DNA of 64,000 bases from Truepera sp. (GTDB lineage: Bacteria; Deinococcota; Deinococci; Deinococcales; Trueperaceae): assembly GCA_965218435.1 (NCBI GenBank), contig CBDCKW010000005.1, forward strand, positions 128,001 through 192,000, given 5' to 3'. The notes under the pieces are model-generated. The model searched no databases and was not told where the DNA came from. It saw nothing but the letters and a program-made list of their open reading frames with translations. Position numbers and translations under genes: made by a program. This document shows positions 60,451 to 64,000 of this stretch, piece after piece (the first letter of the stretch is position 1; each line of letters begins with the position of its first letter).

Positions 60451-60518
60451 TTATGCAATACTGCGGCCCAATCCACGCACAAAACCCTCGGTTAAAGAAG
60501 CGCTCAAGTGCCGCATAA
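60451..60518 (+). repeat. Junction motif copies 7 and 8 (tandem)
   Basis: TTATGCA-N6-CGGCCCA-N5-CGCACAA (60451-60482) and GCGCTCA-AGTGC-CGCATAA (60500-60518). Confidence 0.7.
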
Positions 60519-60809
60519 AACTGCAACATAATGCACTTCATACCCTGCTGAAAATAGCTGTTTTCATCCTAGGTGGCGTGCCAAAGGCACCACGGTACCT
60601 AATGGCGAAGTCGGTTAAGCCCCAAACTTGGGCTTGCCGCGCGCACGGCCCTACAGCTCTCGTCATGGATGGTTTCACGCCACCTGCTGAGATTATGACC
60701 AGTCGCTCGAGGGCGTTTCGGACGGATTCGAGCGCTTCGCTTCCTCATCGAAGTTCACGTTCGGTCCTATGAGCTCCAGGCGGATCAGATCGTCAAGAAC
60801 GTGCGTCAC

Positions 60810-61685
60810 TTAGTCCCCTGCGAGGGCCGCTTTCAGGGAAGGGGCGTGCTCGCGCCGCCACTCGGCCGAGTCGGCGCTGAGGCTAGGGTGCTTCATATCC
60901 GTGAAGTCCCCGAGCGCGAGCAAGGGCGTCGTCTTCGGTGCAGATCGCAGTATCCACAACGTGGATTGCAGCATGAGGCTGAGTTGCTGCCGGACGCCAC
61001 GCGTGGCCCCAGGTGAGGTGGCGTAGCGCCGCGCGATCGCCTCGAAGTCCTCGGGCTCGCGTCCCGTGAGATCACGCACGACGCTCGTCGGGGCGTTCAC
61101 GGCGAATGCGCCACGCCGGTAGTCGCGGACGTACTGGGTGTACTGCGCGATGCCGAACTCGGAAAGGCCCATCCCGCGCAGCACCTTGGTGAGGACACCG
61201 ATGGGCGCGTTTACGTACCGCACCCGGCGGCCGAGCGCCCGGCCCAGCGCGGCGGCGAGGTCGTGCGGCGATAGCAACGCCGGTCCAGTCGGGCGGTACG
61301 TCCGGCCCGCGTGCCCCTCGGGGCGTGCGAGGATCTCAGCGGCGACCCGAGCCAGGTCCTCGTTCGAGGGTGGCGCGTTCTTCCCTTCGCCGTACGGCAG
61401 CATCAGGAGGCCGAACTGCGCCGCGAAGGCCAGGCCCGCCAGGTCGTTGTCGGCGAAGAAGCCGAGGTTGAGGGTCGTGACGCCCACGCCCGTGTCCGGC
61501 AACAGGGCGAAGAGGCGGTCGACGAGCCAGGTCTCGCGGGTGTGGAGCGACGGGTGGGTGGGGCTGGCGAGCCACTGGCTCATCACAACGAGCGACTCGA
61601 GCTTTACTTCGGCGGCAACGGTCGCGAAGGCAGTCGCCGAACGCAGCGCCCCCTCCTCTAAGGGAGTATTGAAGGGGTCGAACGC
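60810..61685 (-). pseudogene. NmrA-family NAD(P)-binding protein, 5'-truncated
   Basis: MSQWLAS, GFFADN, NAPPSNEDLARVA, YRPTGP; the N-terminal Rossmann motif is missing. Confidence 0.75.
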
Positions 61686-62424
61686 CCTTACAATCCGAAC
61701 CGTAAGGGTTAGGGCCATACGTGGGTAAGCACCTCGTGCAGGGAGTTCAAGACCCTTACCTGCCACGCCGTGATCCGTTCCCAGACAAGCTGATGAGCAC
61801 CAAGCTTTGCCCCAAACTTACTGCAACCAAGGCCATGCCTACGGTGGCAGCTGAGATTGACAAAGTCCGGCGAAGCCACCGTGCTATCTTCTATTGCAGA
61901 AGCGCAAGCAGAAGGCTTACCACTACCGAATGTATAGAGCTAGGCAAACCAAGTGTTGACCGTAAAACCTCGCCCGAAAAGCCGCATGGAATGGGTGATA
62001 CAACGTTTTGTCCCGCCGTACTGGTGTGGTCACTTGCTCGGGTACTTCAAGTCCCGGATGTATTCGGCCTTCTACCACTATTATCAAGACTTCGGTCTGA
62101 TCTGCTACAGCTGAGATTAGAAAACAACCTCTCCCCTATTTCTACGATAGGTAACTCCCGTCAGCATTTGAGCAGTTCTGCTCGTCTGCACAGCAACCTG
62201 ATAAATGACACTCACCCCCCAGAACGTGTTTCAAATGAAAGAGACGCGAATACCATCTATCTTGCTAGTGTCAGAGACAGCGCCGTGCTGGTGGTTTAAT
62301 TCCTCAAGTCACCAGATTTTTGCTGTAGGACAAGACCCGGGGGTTATTGCAACAACAACCGGAGGTGCGGGACAACCTTTTGTTTTACAAGGCTAAGCGC
62401 CCATGCGTACTTAGTTTTGGACTT

Positions 62425-62991
62425 TCAAGCCTTACTGTCTGGTCCCTTTCTAGTTCTCCTTCGAGAGCTTGGGCTTGTTTTTCTCCCCTTGTTGATAAAG
62501 CATACATTAAAATAAAGAACCCCGCCGCAAGCGAACGGGGTATTCCAGTCAAACAAGCTCCCCTGCTGCGTCTGGTGCAGTTGTTGATAGTGCTTTCCCT
62601 GCTTTCTTACATACGAGCCTATCAAGCCTTCATCACCATGTTTGCCTACGGTACTGGCAAAGTAGCCATCCGACCAGAACTCTCCCCCCCAAAGCTTCTT
62701 CTTGACTTGTGGACATTGCCGGAACACTTCACGTGCGGTAATACTTTTGATCGTTCGCACGATCTTTACAACCGTGTAAGTGGGCACCGATTGCACCAGA
62801 AAATGGACATGATCCTTGTCTGTGCCTATCTCTAAAAATATGATCTCGTAACGCTTCTCAATCTCCACGCAGACTTCTTTGAGCACGTTGTCAACTTCAT
62901 CGTCTATCACCGCGCGACGGTGCTTCGCCGGAAAAACTATGTGGTACATCAGAATATTTACGTTGTGGCTCTTGTGGATATACTTGCTCAC
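62425..62991 (-). CDS. tnpA: IS200/IS605 Y1 HUH transposase (frame reads through the right end)
   Basis: YHIVFPAKHR, DHVH (HUH), LWGGEFWSDGYF, YVRKQ. Confidence 0.9.
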   Translation of the reverse strand: MSKYIHKSHNVNILMYHIVFPAKHRRAVIDDEVDNVLKEVCVEIEKRYEIIFLEIGTDKDHVHFLVQSVPTYTVVKIVRTIKSITAREVFRQCPQVKKKLWGGEFWSDGYFASTVGKHGDEGLIGSYVRKQGKHYQQLHQTQQGSLFDWNTPFACGGVLYFNVCFINKGRKTSPSSRRRTRKGPDSKA

Positions 62992-63042
62992 CTTGTGAGT
63001 CTACGCCGCAAGCGGCGGGGAATCAGACCCCAAGAGATTCAA
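62511..63042 (-). mobile_element. IS200/IS605-family element
   Basis: Subterminal hairpins CCCCGCCGCAAGCGAACGGGG and CGCCGCAAGCGGCG at both ends; boundaries approximate. Confidence 0.8.
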
Positions 63043-63183
63043 AACATCCTATTCTTTACGGCCTGATTGTGTCGTATACAAATTGCAACGTGAGAACCGC
63101 GCTAGGGGAAAAAGTGCGTTATTGTCCCAGAGCGGGACAAAGGTTCAGTTATTGCGTTTACAGCGACCAAACAAGCACATTAT

Positions 63184-64000
63184 TTATTTCTCGAGTTCTC
63201 TCAATAAAGCTTTGAGCTGCTCGATGAGCGCCGACGTATCCGACTCACCAGGGCGATACTTGACCACGAGGTCGAACGCGCCTGAGTGCTTCTTTTTCAA
63301 TTCGAACGGCTTGACGGGTCGCCCACGAGTCCGCTTGGCTGTAGCCCCTTTTGGCAAAGCGGGTCCATGAAGTAACGTCTCGATCCGGGCTTGTCGCCGT
63401 TCGGAGTCGGCGATCTGCGCAACGGCTTCGGCTTGAGAGAAAAGCTGAGGCGATTCTTCGAGCATCTGCTGGACGTCTATGGGCATCTTGAGCAGTGCTA
63501 GTCGCCGCGACACGTAGCTCTTCGACTTTCCGGTGGCCTGTTCGAGTCCCCGAACGCTTGCACCTAGTTCTTTTTGGAGGTTAGCGAGCGCTCTCGCCTC
63601 GTCCATCAAGGTGAGGTCTTCGCGTTGTAGATTCTCGACAAGTTGAAGTTCTTTGATACGACTGCGGTCGTGTACCAGCTGTACCGGTGCCGCCTCGAGG
63701 CCCGCGAGTTGCGCCGCTCGAAAACGGCGTTCACCCGCTATAATGTAATACAGGTCATTTTCTCTATAGACGACAAGTGGCTGTAAGACACCGTGTTCTT
63801 GAAGCGATCGGGAAAGCTCTTTAAGCGCCTCCTCATCGAACACTTTTCGCGGCTGATCTGGGTCCGGCCGAATCCGGCTTAGCGGTACCAGCAGCGCGTT
63901 TTCATTACGGCCCTCTCGTTCAGCCAAAGGGTGGTCTCCCCCACTACGGTTTTCGGCCTTTACGTCCCCCTGAAGCCCACGTCTACGAGCTGGCACGTTT
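63184..64000 (-). CDS. parB: ParB/Spo0J partition protein, 5' end probably outside the window
   Basis: PDQPRKVFD, GVLQP, IIAGERRFRAA, ENLQREDL, HTH GKSKSYVS. Confidence 0.92.
   Translation of the reverse strand, partial: NVPARRRGLQGDVKAENRSGGDHPLAEREGRNENALLVPLSRIRPDPDQPRKVFDEEALKELSRSLQEHGVLQPLVVYRENDLYYIIAGERRFRAAQLAGLEAAPVQLVHDRSRIKELQLVENLQREDLTLMDEARALANLQKELGASVRGLEQATGKSKSYVSRRLALLKMPIDVQQMLEESPQLFSQAEAVAQIADSERRQARIETLLHGPALPKGATAKRTRGRPVKPFELKKKHSGAFDLVVKYRPGESDTSALIEQLKALLRELEK

Noticed and set aside
32988..60518. Junction motif as a CRISPR repeat or a DdrO/RDRM box
   Set aside because: Copies are kilobases apart with no spacer regularity or cas genes, and they lack the 17-bp palindromic TTATG...CATAA form.
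61721..62299. 192-aa ORF between the NmrA fragment and IS200
   Set aside because: No RBS, motif or typical codon bias; left unannotated.

Overview
Bacterial accessory DNA with no rRNA, tRNA or CRISPR array seen. It is probably from a Deinococcota (Trueperaceae-like) plasmid or secondary replicon; this is inferred from a strong excess of CTCGAG, the protein styles and a ParB gene at the right edge. 1-15.5 kb: an intact co-directional sugar-utilisation locus (amidohydrolase, SIS deaminase/isomerase, two ABC transporter sets, GH4, GH114, DUF4832 lipoprotein, MFS, PfkB kinase) that plausibly degrades alpha-1,4-galactosamine polymers. 15.5-33 kb: IS-rich mobile region with a bacterial ubiquitin-like operon (Ubl without C-terminal Gly, Cys-less E2-like protein, JAB-E1 fusion, HTH-ImmA/IrrE, broken PIN), several toxin-antitoxin pairs, two tyrosine recombinases each preceded by a dif-like 28-bp site, and an inverted 0.55-kb duplication. 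33-60.5 kb: a mosaic of unrelated cargo modules (actinobacterial-type vanY-vanRS-vanHAX, HNH pair, SDR/hydrolase/monooxygenase/TetR, ABC exporters, Ada, NUDIX, EEP, APH, peptidases and esterases). Many of the module junctions carry the same-orientation motif GCGCTCA-N5-CGCAYAA, starting just downstream of a tyrosine recombinase, and one integron attC-like site is present. This suggests a cassette-like gene-capture array. 60.5-64 kb: truncated NmrA gene, IS200/IS605 and parB.
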